Assembly: GCA_000697335.1 (NCBI GenBank)
Contig: JNEM01009214.1
Location: 1 to 39,025 of the forward strand
DNA: 39,025 nt
Reading direction: 5' to 3'
DNA from: Conidiobolus incongruus B7586
Taxonomy: Eukaryota
Part shown: piece by piece, positions 10,744 to 24,784 of the stretch
Position numbering within the stretch: position 1 is the first letter of the stretch
Layout of the letters: the number at the start of each line of letters is the position of its first letter
Made by a program: the position numbers and the translations under genes
Notes under the pieces: model-generated
The model's input: the letters and a program-made list of their open reading frames with translations, nothing else
Databases searched by the model: none
Told to the model about the DNA's origin: nothing

Positions 10744-13700
10744 CGGTTTGATTATCTGCTAAAATACCAATTATCGTATACAAATACCTATTTTTAATTG
10801 AAAAAAATCACATGAAATGATAAATTTATTAATGCCATAATAATTTTATCGATATATATGTCAAATTACTTATTAGATTTTTTAAATCAACTGGATTAAT
10901 AATGTTTCAAATTCAATGGTACTCAGATGTACCATGCATCATTCTTTGGAGGTTTTCAATAAGCCTAATTTGAAGAATTTATTTTTAGCTTAATGTATAT
11001 ATTTTGATATTTATAATGGATAAACTATAATAACCAGAAAAATATAATATTAAGGGATGTATTTAATAATAAATATATCAATTCAGGTACTACTTGTTTG
11101 TAAATACTGTAAATAATATTGATCCGAAATTGATTAGCTATTAAGCATAATGTTAAATAAGTTTTAAAAACAAATATTATCAATCTTACTCAAATTTCAA
11201 AAGTATTATTAAAAACGTATATATCTAAAAATATTAAAAAATATACCAGTTCCTATTTTATATCAAAATTCATCAAATTATTGGTAAAGCATGTTATTAC
11301 ATGTATTATATTATATTTATTATTAGCCCTTTCGATTGATAATCAAATAATTCTGAATTATTATACAGAAAATTTTAATGATTTTAATCATTGTAATGAT
11401 ACTAAATTATCTAGTTTGAAATAATTTCAATAGTATTAAACCAACTATTATTTGAGAATAAATAAATAAGGATCTAATCAATTTCGATGTTCTATTTAGA
11501 CTCATTTATAATTTTATTTTTCGAAATACTGATTTTAAAATATTTCGCTATTGATTACTATTTGATATAATGGAAGAATTTGGTATTATATATCACCAAG
11601 CAAAATTATCTATTTAAATATTCCAGAGCAGTTCAATTATAATGTTGATAGAAATTCTAAAAAACAAAAATACTATATTACTTGATTTTTCTAGTCATAA
11701 TTTAAGGATAAATATCAAATTTTTAGTATGAAATGTTGATTGATTACTAGTTTTAAAAATTACCTGTTTAGAATAATTATAATTTATTTTGAAATATTAA
11801 AGATTAATTAAAATTTAAGATTTTGTTTATTTTGTTTATTTTGTTATAAAGGGAATTAATTTTGATAGTAATTTGGTGCGATTAATTTGGATTTTAAAAT
11901 AGATTTTATAGTTTTTTTTTAAAATTAATGTGTATATGGACGATCATTACATTTGGTATTAATAGCAATTTACGTAAACTATGTAATTTTTAACTATTTG
12001 ATATGGATAACATTGTAATTCTAAAAATAACATTATAGTTCGTATAAGAATGAATGACTAGAGGAAATTATAAATATTCAATTGTGGAAAAATTAATAAT
12101 ATTCAAAGCTATATATCAATCAATTAAAAATACGTGCTTCATGAGTAATTTTATTAATGGTATTCCAAATTATTAATTTTTTTTGATCTGCATTCAACGG
12201 AGCAAATTTAGTTTGTTCACTATCCTAGTTATAATTGTAAAAACTATAAATGTAATCATGTTAAAATCAACAAATAAACAGATAAAATTATGCTATTTAT
12301 AGTTTATTTGTTAAGATTTAACCCCTAAAATATACCAGAAATTATTAATATATTATTTAAATATTGAATTGAATTTCAATTAAAGTATAATTATTCTTTC
12401 AATCTAATGGTTGAAAATAATATTTTCTATCTTTTTTCCCAACGTAAAATTTTATCAACATCAAGTTAGTATATTATTTAAATATTATGTTAACTTTCAG
12501 TTGCTAATTATAAATATTTAAGTATTTAGTCATTATTATTGTTTATACCTATAAGCAAAACTTTGTAAAAAATTGGAAAAAAATTCGATTTAATTAGCCA
12601 TTAATAATTGTGTAGGAATGAGATATCATGACTTTATGAAGATATTATGTTTTAGTTTGGATTCGAAAAATTCAGTGTACGAATAAAAACTCGAAAAAAG
12701 TCAACCGAAATTACAGTGTCATTCAGTTCAAAGAATTACAGTACTCTATATAGAATCACTTTATATTGATTCAATACCGTTTAATTGCTAATCGATAATT
12801 TGATTATCATATAACACGCTAATATATTTCTATTAGCTTTTTATAAATAACCACTATAACAAATTGTTAAGTTAATAATGGGATTTACAATCAACATTAC
12901 ATTATTTAAATTGTCATAGTTAATCAAAATACATCAACAATACTATTCAACTTGCGAAATTAAATATATATATTGAGAGAGTTTATATATATTCATTCAA
13001 AATTCTATTTATACATTCAATTTTTTTATAAACTATTTGATTTTATTCTTAGAAATTATGAAAAATTACTTATAGGATGCGGAGATCTTGGTACATATTA
13101 AACCGACTAGTGTATAACGAATATTTACTCTTTATAGATAATTAATATCGATTTAAACAGATTCATTTGTGATATTTAAGCAATTTAATCAAAATGAACT
13201 ATCAACGTTATCAAGTTAAAATGCTAAAAATTACTCTACGTATAACTTATACATATTAACTTGGAGTTATTTATATAATTGGATTAATCAGAATTTTTCA
13301 ATTTTTTACTTCATATTTAGTTTAAATACATCAAAATTAAATTATCTAATATTAATATTTTCCAGATTCGAATTGATATTAATATCTAATTAGTTACTTT
13401 GTATATTAACAATAGTCTAACTTTGAATAAATACTGATTCAAAATTTCAAATATTTATAGATCAAATTAGGTAATGTTTATCATTTTGGAAAATTAAAAT
13501 ATGAAATTTTTTTTAAGTATTTAAATTTTTGAAAATTCAATATATTCAGGTTTTGATTTAACATGAAAATTTTAAAATGTGCTATTTAATTACTAAAATT
13601 ATTATTATAATCAATATACCAGGTGAATGATTGAAAATTGGCAGGATAATAATAAAAATTTATTTAATAAGTTAATATTAAAATTTTTATGGTCCTATTA

Positions 13701-14277
13701 TAAAATATATCATTGAAATACTAAATAGTATATTTTGTAATCTTATATTAAATTTAACAATTCATTTCATATAAACTTACAATAAATTACAGATATAATT
13801 GCTTATTAGATATTTTAACTAGTTATATTAATAATATATAAATTGGTGAATATATATGAAAATTTAAAATCAAAACGATATTTAAAATTTAATGGTTTTC
13901 ATACATTATATACTGAAGGGTATATTCAAATACTTATGTGTTTTTAAAGATCATTAACTGCTCATATTCGAGATTTATAATTAAAAATAACTCTTTATTT
14001 TTTAATATATAATATTAAATTTTTTAATTTTAAGTTTAATTTAAAATGTGACAGATATATTAACTCTATCAATATCAAGTGTTTTATATGGAATATATTT
14101 GATTAATAATTCATCTTTTAAATATACTTATTTCAAGAATATTAAAATCCGGTATATAATTCAGAATTAGGAATAATTCTGTAAATAACTCGTCAGATTG
14201 ATAAAATGTTGAAATAGTTTACTGAAAGTAAAATTAATTTGATATTAATAGGTATAGGTTTTGCTTTGAATTAAAAA

Positions 14278-15024
14278 TTATAAAATACAATACTTCAGAG
14301 TTGAAATTCTAGTATATGTCCCTGGAAATTGGGTATTATACATTTTTTCCCATAGCTAGTCAAACCTACTAACACTTGTTTACCACACTACATGACAAAC
14401 ATGGGACTTCCAGAATCACCTAGAAAAGTATCCTTCTAGTCTTTAGGGTATCTTGTACTCATTTGAGTCTCAGAATTTTTCATATTCATGTTGTGATAAC
14501 TTTTTCGAAATTGGTCAAAGTTGAACACTAGGATATTTACCTCTTGTAAAACATTTGTAGGTGGACCCAATTAGATTCGGTTCTATTCAACTATAGTGAG
14601 TAAAGTATCATTGACATTGTTATAAATGCCATCATTGAATCCCGTGTTGAAACTTCCGGTGTTGTCATTGTCGATCTTCCAGATTTCAATGTCGTAACCT
14701 TCGCGAGTGGTTCTATTCCAATTAGAGTGGATAAGTTTACTGATTACTCTGTAGGTGCGACCATTCTCCTGGGGGTCCGATTTGCAAAAATTCTGGTGAT
14801 ATATCCTAACAATACCCTCTTTCAAGAAGTGCGACGAGCAGTTGGCTGCTGTGATGGTAGTATTTCTGTTTTACAAGGTAACTTCGCAGTTATGAAAGCT
14901 TTTCCATCCTAATGAAGTAAATGATGAATACTTGAATCGGACTCAACTTCAGAACCTCTTGCAGTTCCTGAAACTGGAATAGTTCTCCAGTGGCTGGATT
15001 TTGAATGAACTTACAAGATGATAT
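14278..15024 (-). pseudogene. Trypsin-like protease pseudogene (copy 5)
   Basis: The minus strand gives ISSCKFIQNPATGE..., FKYSSFTSLGW, TITAANC (His to Asn), EGYDIEIWKID, KDTFLGDSGSP and FPGTYTRIS. It has several stops and frameshifts. The 5' boundary is approximate. Confidence 0.9.
14347..14759 (-). repeat. Left arm of a 413-bp inverted repeat (partner 17463-17875)
   Basis: Reverse complement compared by hand with 17463-17875: identical except 3 transitions, no indels. Confidence 0.95.
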
Positions 15025-17274
15025 TGTTTATGGAAAAATAACTCTTTGACCCATATTTATCTAGGTATGATATAGCAGGTCTATATACAGTGAGACTAGA
15101 TTAATTTTTAGTTTCCCATCTAGTACCAACTCGCATACTCGATAACCATTTTCTTGAATTTATACAATTGTAGTCTAATTCATAACTTGAAATTTTAAGT
15201 ACACTCATACAATAAATACTTTGACATCATCAAGTTTTATGTGACATATTTCATTCCATAACTTTAACTATATGGTCTCGCAAAGTCTTTAAATATCTTA
15301 AAATTATGTTTATTCGATTCAAATACTATCTATATATTGAGAAAGCCAGAAATTATAATTATATTTCAACTAATTTATCAAATATTTTTACTGAGGTATA
15401 TATTTCTCATACAAATTATTTGATGCCATTTTTGAAATTAATAATGTTTATAAGTTTATAGATTTGTATACAGAAAAAATATTACAAAACTAAATATTAA
15501 AAATGGGTTCATGTTTGAAATAATTACTAGACAAAAGTGTTTAACTTAAGGTTATATTGTGTATAAAACTTTGGTTAATGAAATTTATATGAAAACTTTG
15601 TAAAAATATAATAATATATATATATATATATATTATCTACTAACAATTATAACGAATAACTATTATTGACAATTGTTTTTCATTAATATATATTTTTATA
15701 AATCAGAATAATTGCCTTTCAATCGTTTGAAATTAATCCTTCAAGCTGGAGATTTAGAAATATATAAAGAGTTATTTAAATTGGAAAAAGGTTTGAAATA
15801 TTAAATCTAATTAAAAATATTATAATGTATCATAAAAATGACTCAAATTCCTATACATATTTTCAAAACTGACTTTCAAAATGGATAAAAATATCAGAAT
15901 TTCAATAAAAAATTGGAATTAAAATATTTCATTGTTTGATATACCATTCAAGTTAAACACAAGTATATTCATCTGATTTTATCATGAACACTGACATTTA
16001 GAAAGGTATAATCAATTGCGGTGATATTGTTAAATTTGGCTATTTCAAAAATTATCTAACTGTGAGATATTAATAAGATTAAATATAATTAAGCTGATCT
16101 TGAAGTATTGTATTTTTGAAACATCAAACACCTCTCAGTTTCTAATTTTAAATTATTAATCCTCAGATTTAACAACATTATGTCAAAGTAATGCAAAAAA
16201 ACATGTTATTTTATCTAACATAGTGGAAAGCTTAGCTATATTTAAAAATAAATTTAAAAATGGCAATGTTAATAATTAAATAAGAGTTCAAAATTTGACA
16301 ATCAAATTGAATTATTAAAAGTTAATTATAATTAAAATTATAAAATTTTCCAATAGATTCGACATAATTTGAAATGTAGGTTCTGAATTTTTAATGCTTC
16401 CACAATTTTTTAGATTATTAGATTGAGTCACAATAAAATACTGCATTAAAATGAATTACAAAGTAATTTTTTCCAACGCAATTAACAAGCAAGAAATATA
16501 TATAATATCATAATTATCAATTATTGAATAATCTATCTTTGGAGTTTTTTAAAATGATATATATATATATATATATAAACAGAAAAAAAATTCGTTGTAT
16601 GTTAGTTTTTAATATCATAATCGGGATTTATTAAATTTGAAGATAAATCAAAATTTGATAATGTGAATTGAATTATCATATATTCTCATTAAATATCTCT
16701 AAAGCTTCTAATATCAAATACTTGAATAAAGTTGAAATATAAGCAGAGTTTCATTAATATCAGTGATCATATATGTTTATTATATTTTACGAAATGGACG
16801 AAATTGATTCATTTTGATCAGTTATTGATTTAATGATTCAGATACAATAATTCATACTAAATAGTATGATAATGAAATGGATATTTCCTATCACTATAGC
16901 TGCTTTTATAATCACATATACTAAGTATAAACTTTTATCGATGCTATAATAGTTATAACCTCAAAAATTATGAGTATAAAATTTTTCTAATGCTATAGAT
17001 AAACTTTGAAAAATTACAAGGATTGGAAGAATTTAGAATATTATTGCATTGTCTGAACTTTCTAAATTGAATAAATTATTTAAAAACTTATTTAGGCTCA
17101 ATATAAGTGAAAATACAAGGCTCCAGTATAATAATTATATAGAATCAGTATTAATAGTAATTTGCTCAAATATTGGAATTTCAAAAGGTATTAAAACATT
17201 GTAAAGTAAAAACGTCTATTTAAATTGATAGATTATATTGACAATAATTATATCAAATTTGTATTTCCTCAAAG

Positions 17275-17950
17275 ATTATTCCAGCTTTCAATTTGATAGT
17301 GTTCAGCCATTGGGGTAACTGTGCCACCTCTAAATATCATAGTAGATATATAATGGGAATATCGTCATCACAGCTGTCCACTATTTTAGGAGCCTCGTAA
17401 ATGAGAGTAGTACTAGAGTACATCGCCACGATCGCAACAGAACTGATAATGAGTAGGATGACCGCACCTACAGAGTAATCAGTAAACTTATCCACTCTAA
17501 TTGGAATAGAACCACTCGCGAAGGTTACGACGTTGAAATCTGGAAGATCGACAATGACAGCACCGGAAGTTTCAACACGGGATTCAATGATGGCATTTAT
17601 AACAATGTCAATGATACTTTACTCACTATAGTTGAATAGAACCGAATCTAATTGGGTCCACCTACAAATGTTTTACAAGAGGTAAATATCCTAGTGTTCA
17701 ACTTTGACCAATTTCGAAAAAGTTATCACAACATGAATATGAAAAATTCTGAGACTCAAATGAGTACAAGATACCCTAAAGACTAGAAGGATACTTTTCT
17801 AGGTGATTCTGGAAGTCCCATGTTTGTCATGTAGTGTGGTAAACAAGTGTTAGTAGGTTTAACTAGCTATGGGAAGAATTGTACAATAACCAATTTCCAG
17901 GGATATATACTAGGATTTACACTTTGAGTAATTAGGTGTTAGAGAATATT
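17275..17950 (+). pseudogene. Trypsin-like protease pseudogene (copy 6), absent from the ORF track
   Basis: Reads GVTVPPLNII, then a deletion, then YNGNIVITAVHY, RVHRHDRNRTD, EGYDVEIWKID, KDTFLGDSGSP, GKQVLVGLTSYG and FPGIYTRI, with multiple in-frame stops. Ends are approximate. Confidence 0.9.
17463..17875 (+). repeat. Right arm of the 413-bp inverted repeat (partner 14347-14759)
   Basis: Differs from the left arm only at 17532, 17560 and 17861. Confidence 0.95.
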
Positions 17951-18672
17951 AAAAATGATATTATCGACTTTTTAAAGCAATTTGAACTGCTATTATTAAG
18001 TATTTCAATAATTAGTAAATCGAACTCAATAATAATAAAATTATTTTAAATTATTTTGTTGAATATTCTTTAGCTACTTTTATCAATATGGATTAAATAG
18101 AAATAATATTATGATAAAACTCCACCTTTTCTATATTTTGTATGATTACTTTGGTTAGTACTAGAACTTTAAAATCAAGTATAATCAAAATATTATAATT
18201 ATTGTATTCGGATATATCATCTAAGAAATATATAAAATGATTTTCAATCTTTATTTTTAGTTTTATTGCTTTAAATGTAATCAATATTTCAAAATACAGC
18301 ATATTTTTATAATCATTCTATTTGCTATTTATTATCAAGAAATGTTTTTGAATTAAAATTTATAAATTTGGATTTTAATATTTAAAGAATATTCGTATTT
18401 AATATAATTCTTTTGTATTGAATTTTCATATACTCTAAGTTTCATGAATAAGTTTTAAAAATATCAAAACAAAAACTGATAATAGATCAATTTTGGATTG
18501 AAATTTTGAAATCCAATGATAAATAATTTTTAAATGTAATTAGTGTATAACTAAATAATTTCGAAATTATTTACTAAATACAGATATATTTAAATAATAA
18601 TATATATCATATTAAAATAATCTATTAATAACAAATAATTAAAATATAAATAATTTATTAAATAAAAAATAA

Positions 18673-19440
18673 TTAAATATTTGCCAAAATCCAATCCTTG
18701 AGAGCAGAAACTCTAGCATAAACACCAGGCAACTTGGGTCTAGCACATCCGATACCGTAACTAGTTATTCCGACTAAGACCTGCTTACCATCCTTAACGA
18801 CAAACAAGGGACCTCCGGAGTCACCTTGGCAAGTATCCTTCTTGCCTTCTGGATAGCCGGCACAGATTTGAGTTTCGGGATTATTCATAGTGAGACTGGC
18901 AGCCTTGTAGTCCTTTTCACATTGTTGGAAATTGTAAACGGGTACTTTGACTTCTTGCAAAATGGTTGTTCTTGGAGTGACTTGGGTATTGCCCCATCCA
19001 ATAGCGGTTAGCAAAGTGTCATCCACATTGCCGATGCTACCATCATCTAATTCGACATTGGTACGGTTGCCAGCGGGAGCATCAATCTTCCAGATAGCGA
19101 TGTCATAGCCATCTTGAGTTGTGACATAGTTGGGATGGACCTTCTTGGACAATACTTTGTAAGTATTACCTTGTTCTTGAGCGTCGGTTTTGCTCAAATC
19201 GTGACGGTGAACCTTAACAGTACTAACGCTCACAGGGTTTTGGGAGCAGTGAGCAGCGGTGATCACAGTGTTACCATTCCAAAGAGTGCCACCACAGTCG
19301 TGTCTTCCACTGCGCTGGATAGAAACAAAGGCAGGATACTTGAAAGCAGGGGAAACGTCATAGCCACCAACAATTCTTGGGGGAGGGACTACCAAACCAG
19401 TTGAGGGATCGATGATAGTGTTAGCTCCGGATAAAGACAT
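18673..19440 (-). CDS. Trypsin-like S1A serine protease, intact, 255 aa (copy 7)
   Basis: MSLSGANTIIDPSTGLVVPPPR|IVGG, TAAHC, YDIAIW, KDTCQGDSGGP, six Cys, PGVYARVS. Confidence 0.97.
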   Translation of the reverse strand: MSLSGANTIIDPSTGLVVPPPRIVGGYDVSPAFKYPAFVSIQRSGRHDCGGTLWNGNTVITAAHCSQNPVSVSTVKVHRHDLSKTDAQEQGNTYKVLSKKVHPNYVTTQDGYDIAIWKIDAPAGNRTNVELDDGSIGNVDDTLLTAIGWGNTQVTPRTTILQEVKVPVYNFQQCEKDYKAASLTMNNPETQICAGYPEGKKDTCQGDSGGPLFVVKDGKQVLVGITSYGIGCARPKLPGVYARVSALKDWILANI

Positions 19441-19493
19441 GATTAAATATTCAAACTAGTAATATTGTACCCTTACAAGTTTTGAAACTAGGC

Positions 19494-19501
19494 TATTTAT
19501 A
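19494..19501 (-). promoter_or_regulatory. TATA box upstream of trypsin copy 7
   Basis: TATAAATA on the minus strand about 54 bp before the ATG at 19440. Confidence 0.5.
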
Positions 19502-22500
19502 TTAAAAATAATGGCTTTTTACTCCGTTTGATGTATCTTACATTTCGAAATTCATTAATCAAATGATATAATACATCAATTTAATTGATTAAAATTTTAA
19601 TTAATGATTGTGACTTTTGCATTTGATCCATGTGAATTTTGGGATTTTGTCCAAAGGTTTCATAGATTAAGGATCCGAATGGATTGCTATGCTTGAGTAA
19701 TGAAATAAATGCAATTCAAATACTGTTAATATTTTTAGAACTTGTTATCTCATAAATTACCCTATTTTTATTGGTTCATAATTGAGTCTACTAATAAATT
19801 GGAATTGTTTCATCATTTCAAATGCTTTTATTCACAGATAACTTGGAAAAACCCAAAATAATATAAAAAGCGAATTGATATAAAAATAATATAAATTAAT
19901 TGTTCATATTCATTATCATCTATTAAGTTATATATACTTAAAATGCTAATTAATTTTAATTATTTAATAGAAATTTTCCAATTTGAGAGTATTGTCAACA
20001 GTATATGATGAAGATATAGAGTAGTTAGAGAAAATAATAGAATATTTGATCAATATGCATATATTCATTTATAAATATTAATATTATAATAAAATGAGCC
20101 CATATTATATATTTGATAATGCAAATTAAATAAAGCATAAAATTCATTTCATTGCAAAATTATTTGATAAAATATTCAAATCTTTACATTTTAAATGCAT
20201 ATGATAAAATTCTGAATTATAAATACAATATATATATTCCAATTCCAAATATATATCAATATATATATTACAACAATTAATATGGTATGAAATATACCTC
20301 TAGGTTACATTAATACCTCATTTCCCTTATAGATTTCATATGAAATAGCCTATATCAAATCTAATTTCTAATATGATAATAACATTTAATATTATTCAGT
20401 ATATTTTCAAAATATAACAACATATCATACAAATTAATGTATATAATGATAAATTTTTTAAGCTTCCATAATATCAATAGCAAGTTAATTCAGCATTGTA
20501 AGAATATTTTTAAATATTGCTTATTTCAATTAATTATCTTTATTCAAAATAATTTTTAATTTTTCTATTAGGCTATTTATTCTATGATATATTAATAATA
20601 ACAATATATATGATTATGATTGTTGTAAGCTCCATAAAAATAAAAAATATTATTCAATATTATAAGCTTATTTTGATACTCTAAAAATACTATATTATAA
20701 GAAATTTTATATAATAAATAAAATGAGTTTATTTTTTATTCTTCAAAGCTCTAACTGAGTAATTAAAATATTATAATAGTGATTAATATTTTTTACACTT
20801 TTTTGGTGATAATAATTAATTAAGTTTTGGCAAAATAATGCAAATATAAAAAGTATTCATTTTTTAGTTAAATGTTAAGAATTGAATCAAAAATAAAAAA
20901 TATATTAAATTTTAATAAAAAAAATTAGCGATTAACTTAATTATTCATTCATATATATTGAAAAATAATTTTAATCAAAAATGATAAAATTTATATTTTA
21001 TATTATAGCTAATAAATTGACAAATCAAATAAAAATTTGATATAATTTTAGTATTTGATAAGATATTTGTAACCTGTGTAGTAACAGTAATAATATGCTT
21101 TATTTTCATTTCACTAGAAATTATAATTATATATAATAATTAGATTATATAAATTGATTTTTTGCAATACTTGATTATAAAAATTATATTCAACAATATT
21201 ACAATAATTGCAAAAATAATATTAAAAAATACAATTTAATATTAAAATATTAATAATATTGTAACTTTTTGAATATGACAAAAGGAATGAAAATAACTAT
21301 AAAGTAATATACTTGGAGTTTAGGAATTAATCAAATATAAGATATCAAAATAAATGTGATTTATAAATTATTTGAAGATTTTTAATTATTATAGTTCAAC
21401 TAATTATAAATATCTGGCTTTAAGTATAATATTATATTATAAATATAAAATATTAAATATTAATCAAAGCATACTGAAAAAACCGATAGTTAATCCAAAC
21501 ATTCAGTCAAATCCTGTAACTATTCTATTTCATTTAGAAAATTCAATTGCACAATTATCATTCATTGTTGATTAATATATATTATTCATTGGAGAAAAGA
21601 TAATAGTATACCTATATTATAAGATCAGGATCAAACTAAAGATTCATATTGATTAGGATTGAATTAATGAAAATTTAATTATAAATCTGATGTTTTCTAA
21701 TTAAAAAATGAAATCTTAGCTATTTTAATTCTAAAGAATAGTAACTCTAATCTAATTAATTTAATTGCATATTTAATTGTAAATCAATTAATAAAATTCT
21801 TTATTTATTTTTATTAATATAATCGAGCCAATTGGATTAAAATTCATTTTATTGAATATGCAGCTTTCACTAATTAATTGATAAAATAATAGTATCAAAC
21901 TCTGAAAAAAAATTCAGATATTATATGTATATATCAATTGCCAATACTTATCAAATAACCGAAATAAATATCAAATTAGAGAATATTCTCATTCAAAACT
22001 TACAATTTTGAAATTTATTTTATATCAAATTTTTAATATATTTCATAAAATTATAAAGTGTCAATTATAAATTTATATTAATTAAAAGAATAATTAAATT
22101 ATTAAAATATTTTTGAATTTATAATAAAATTTATTGATAATTAAAGGATTAAAAATAGATTTTAATATTAATTGTGTTCGGCATTGATCATAATCCCCGC
22201 TAAACACTTTCCAAAAATGATATAACACATAAATCACGTCATGATCATAAAATACCATATCAATCCAGCAAGAACATATGATACATTTGAACCTATCACA
22301 ACATAATCAAATTTACTAAGATAAGGACTAGAATTTCAATATTTTCATAGTTTCTAATTAAAATATTAATTTAAATCAGTTGGCTGGATTTATATGGATA
22401 AATAGAATTTTCAAAATAAGTATCAAAATTTAAATGATTATTGGAGTAATTTACAAATTTAGTTTTATATGATATTTAATACTTTAGTTATTGATTAGTT

Positions 22501-24007
22501 TCCAAATGTTAAGTGAAGATTTTAATTTGAATGTATGCTGTTACAATTTATACAAATCCTCTAAAACGTTCAAACTGTCTATTAAAATGGTAATATAAAC
22601 TTCATATTGCTTAACAATATTATTAGATTGATAAATCATAATATCCTTTAAATATGATATTTTGTTATACTTTAATCAATTTCGATTACTTCGTTCAACT
22701 TATTTTCAATTCACAATTATAATTTTAAAAATTATTTCTCACATTATATCACTTGATATATATTATATTTTCAATATAACATATAAATATTTTAATAATC
22801 TCAATGAGTTAATATAAGGAATTAGTAGATTTAAAAACTTTTATTTTTATCATTAATATATCTGGCATAAACTAATTTGGTTGAGTTTTCAAACATATAT
22901 CTATAATCTGTAAAATTTAAATATGATTTTAGTAAATACTTTTGTTCAAAGTTAACAATTAATCTAATATTAATATATATCTATATTGGCTATATTTATT
23001 TTGATTAAATAAATTTAATAGAATTATTCAAATATTATCATAATTTTAATTTAAATTTATACATTAATATGAGATATAATTTACGATATTCGATATTTTG
23101 AGACTTTATTGAGACTTTTGATGATCTTACAGTCACAAATTTTTCATTATGAAAGTGAGTGATTAGTCAATATTGATAGTATAATATATATTATCCAAAA
23201 CTATAGTCTGCTAAAATATGGTAAATATATATTCATAATATTTGTATCATGATTTGCTTGAAAAAGTTAATATTAATAACAACTAATCTCATATTATTAA
23301 AATTAATATTCTTTATGTACTGTGAATTATATATATGATGATATAATAGTAGCTTTATATCTATATATCAATATAACGTTGTGATTTATGATAATATAAA
23401 TAGTTAAAAGCTAATAAACTATACTATTGTGTATTTTCGCAATTATAATAATATTAAAAATTGAATATAGAATTAAATTAATTGTCTAAAACTATTTTTA
23501 TTTTAAAATAATAATAAAATATTCAATTGAAATTTTTCCTTTTAATATAAATAGTTCTCAAAAATACCCATTTTATATAATAATATCCAATATTGCTCTA
23601 AATAAAGTTAATTTTTTCATAATTAATACTTTAAATATTAAATTTGTTACTTTTTAATTGTAATATAGGTAAAACATTAATTATTAATAATATTTTTATA
23701 TTATTGATCAATTAAAAGATGTTATTTAAATATTTTAATTATATTATAATTTATAAACAAAATTTCTAAATTTTAGTTTTAAATTAATTTTAATATTTTA
23801 TAAAATAAAATTTTTTGAAATTTATTTCAATATTAATATTCATTTTAATCAATTATAATATAAATTTAAATTATAAATAATATTTATAAGTTTTAATAAG
23901 TCAATTCATTAACTTTGTTAAAACTGGGTATAAAAATGATGTAATTATATTTTTATAAAATTCTTAAAAAGATATTGAACTAAAAAGAATATGGTATAAT
24001 ATATTAT

Positions 24008-24784
24008 TTAATCTAAGTTATTCAAAATTCGTTCTCTAAACTTAGAATTTCGAGCATAAAGACCAGGTAACTTAGGTTGAGCACAGACAATACCGTAAAT
24101 AGTTAACCACACTAGAAATTGTTTACCATTTTTCATTGCAAATAATGGGCCTCCAGAGTCACCTTGAAAGGTATTTTTTTGACCTTCAGGGCATTCAGTA
24201 CAAATCTAAGTTTCTGGATTTTTCATAGGAAGGCCTCCATATTTGTAATTTTTCTGACATTATTCAAAAGAACAAATGAGTAATTTGACCTCTGGTAGAA
24301 TTGGTGTAGCGGGTCCGTCTCCTGTGGAGCCCCATCCAATTGCTATCTATAATTTGTCTTCTTTATCGTAGATGGTACCATTGCTTAATAAGACATATGG
24401 TTTTTGTCCTGGAGGTGCGTCAATTTTGAAAATCCCAACATCGTATCCGTGCTGTGCACAGTCTGAAATATATTTAGGATGGATTTTCTTGTATATTGCT
24501 CTGTAGCGGTTTCCGTCCTCCTCTTCATCCCGCTTAGTTATATTGTGACGATTGGCATGAATATTATAGTCTTGTAAAGCTGATTGTGCACAGTGGACAG
24601 CTGTAATAACTGTATTACTATTGTGTCACGTGCTTCCACAGTCATGTTCTCCTTTCAAATGAATTGAAACGAATGCTGAGTACTTGTAGGCTGGACTTAC
24701 ATCGTAGCCACCTACAATCCTCGGAGGTGGTATAATAGGACCTGAGTTAGGGTCAGTAATCACATTAGGTGCGACTGCTCGCAT
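24008..24784 (-). pseudogene. Full-length trypsin-like protease pseudogene (copy 8), absent from the ORF track
   Basis: 777 nt in a single frame: MRAVAPNVITDPNSGPIIPPPR|IVGGYDV, TAVHC, GYDVGIFKID, IGWGSTG, QKNTFQGDSGGP, LPGLYAR. Four in-frame stops (24626-28, 24347-49, 24260-62, 24206-08) and no frameshift. Confidence 0.95.

Noticed and set aside
11821..11845. Short tandem repeats (TTTTGTTTA units; also ATGATAA units at about 36643-36663 and GAGACTTT twice at about 23100)
   Set aside because: Ordinary slippage repeats with no spacer structure, so not CRISPR-like.
14347..17875. DNA transposon with long terminal inverted repeats
   Set aside because: The arms are internal trypsin coding sequence, homology continues at lower identity beyond them, and there is no transposase ORF or evident target-site duplication.
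22170..22335. Slightly GC-richer patches here and at about 26990-27120 as further trypsin relics
   Set aside because: The frames I translated by hand gave no trypsin or transposon motif.
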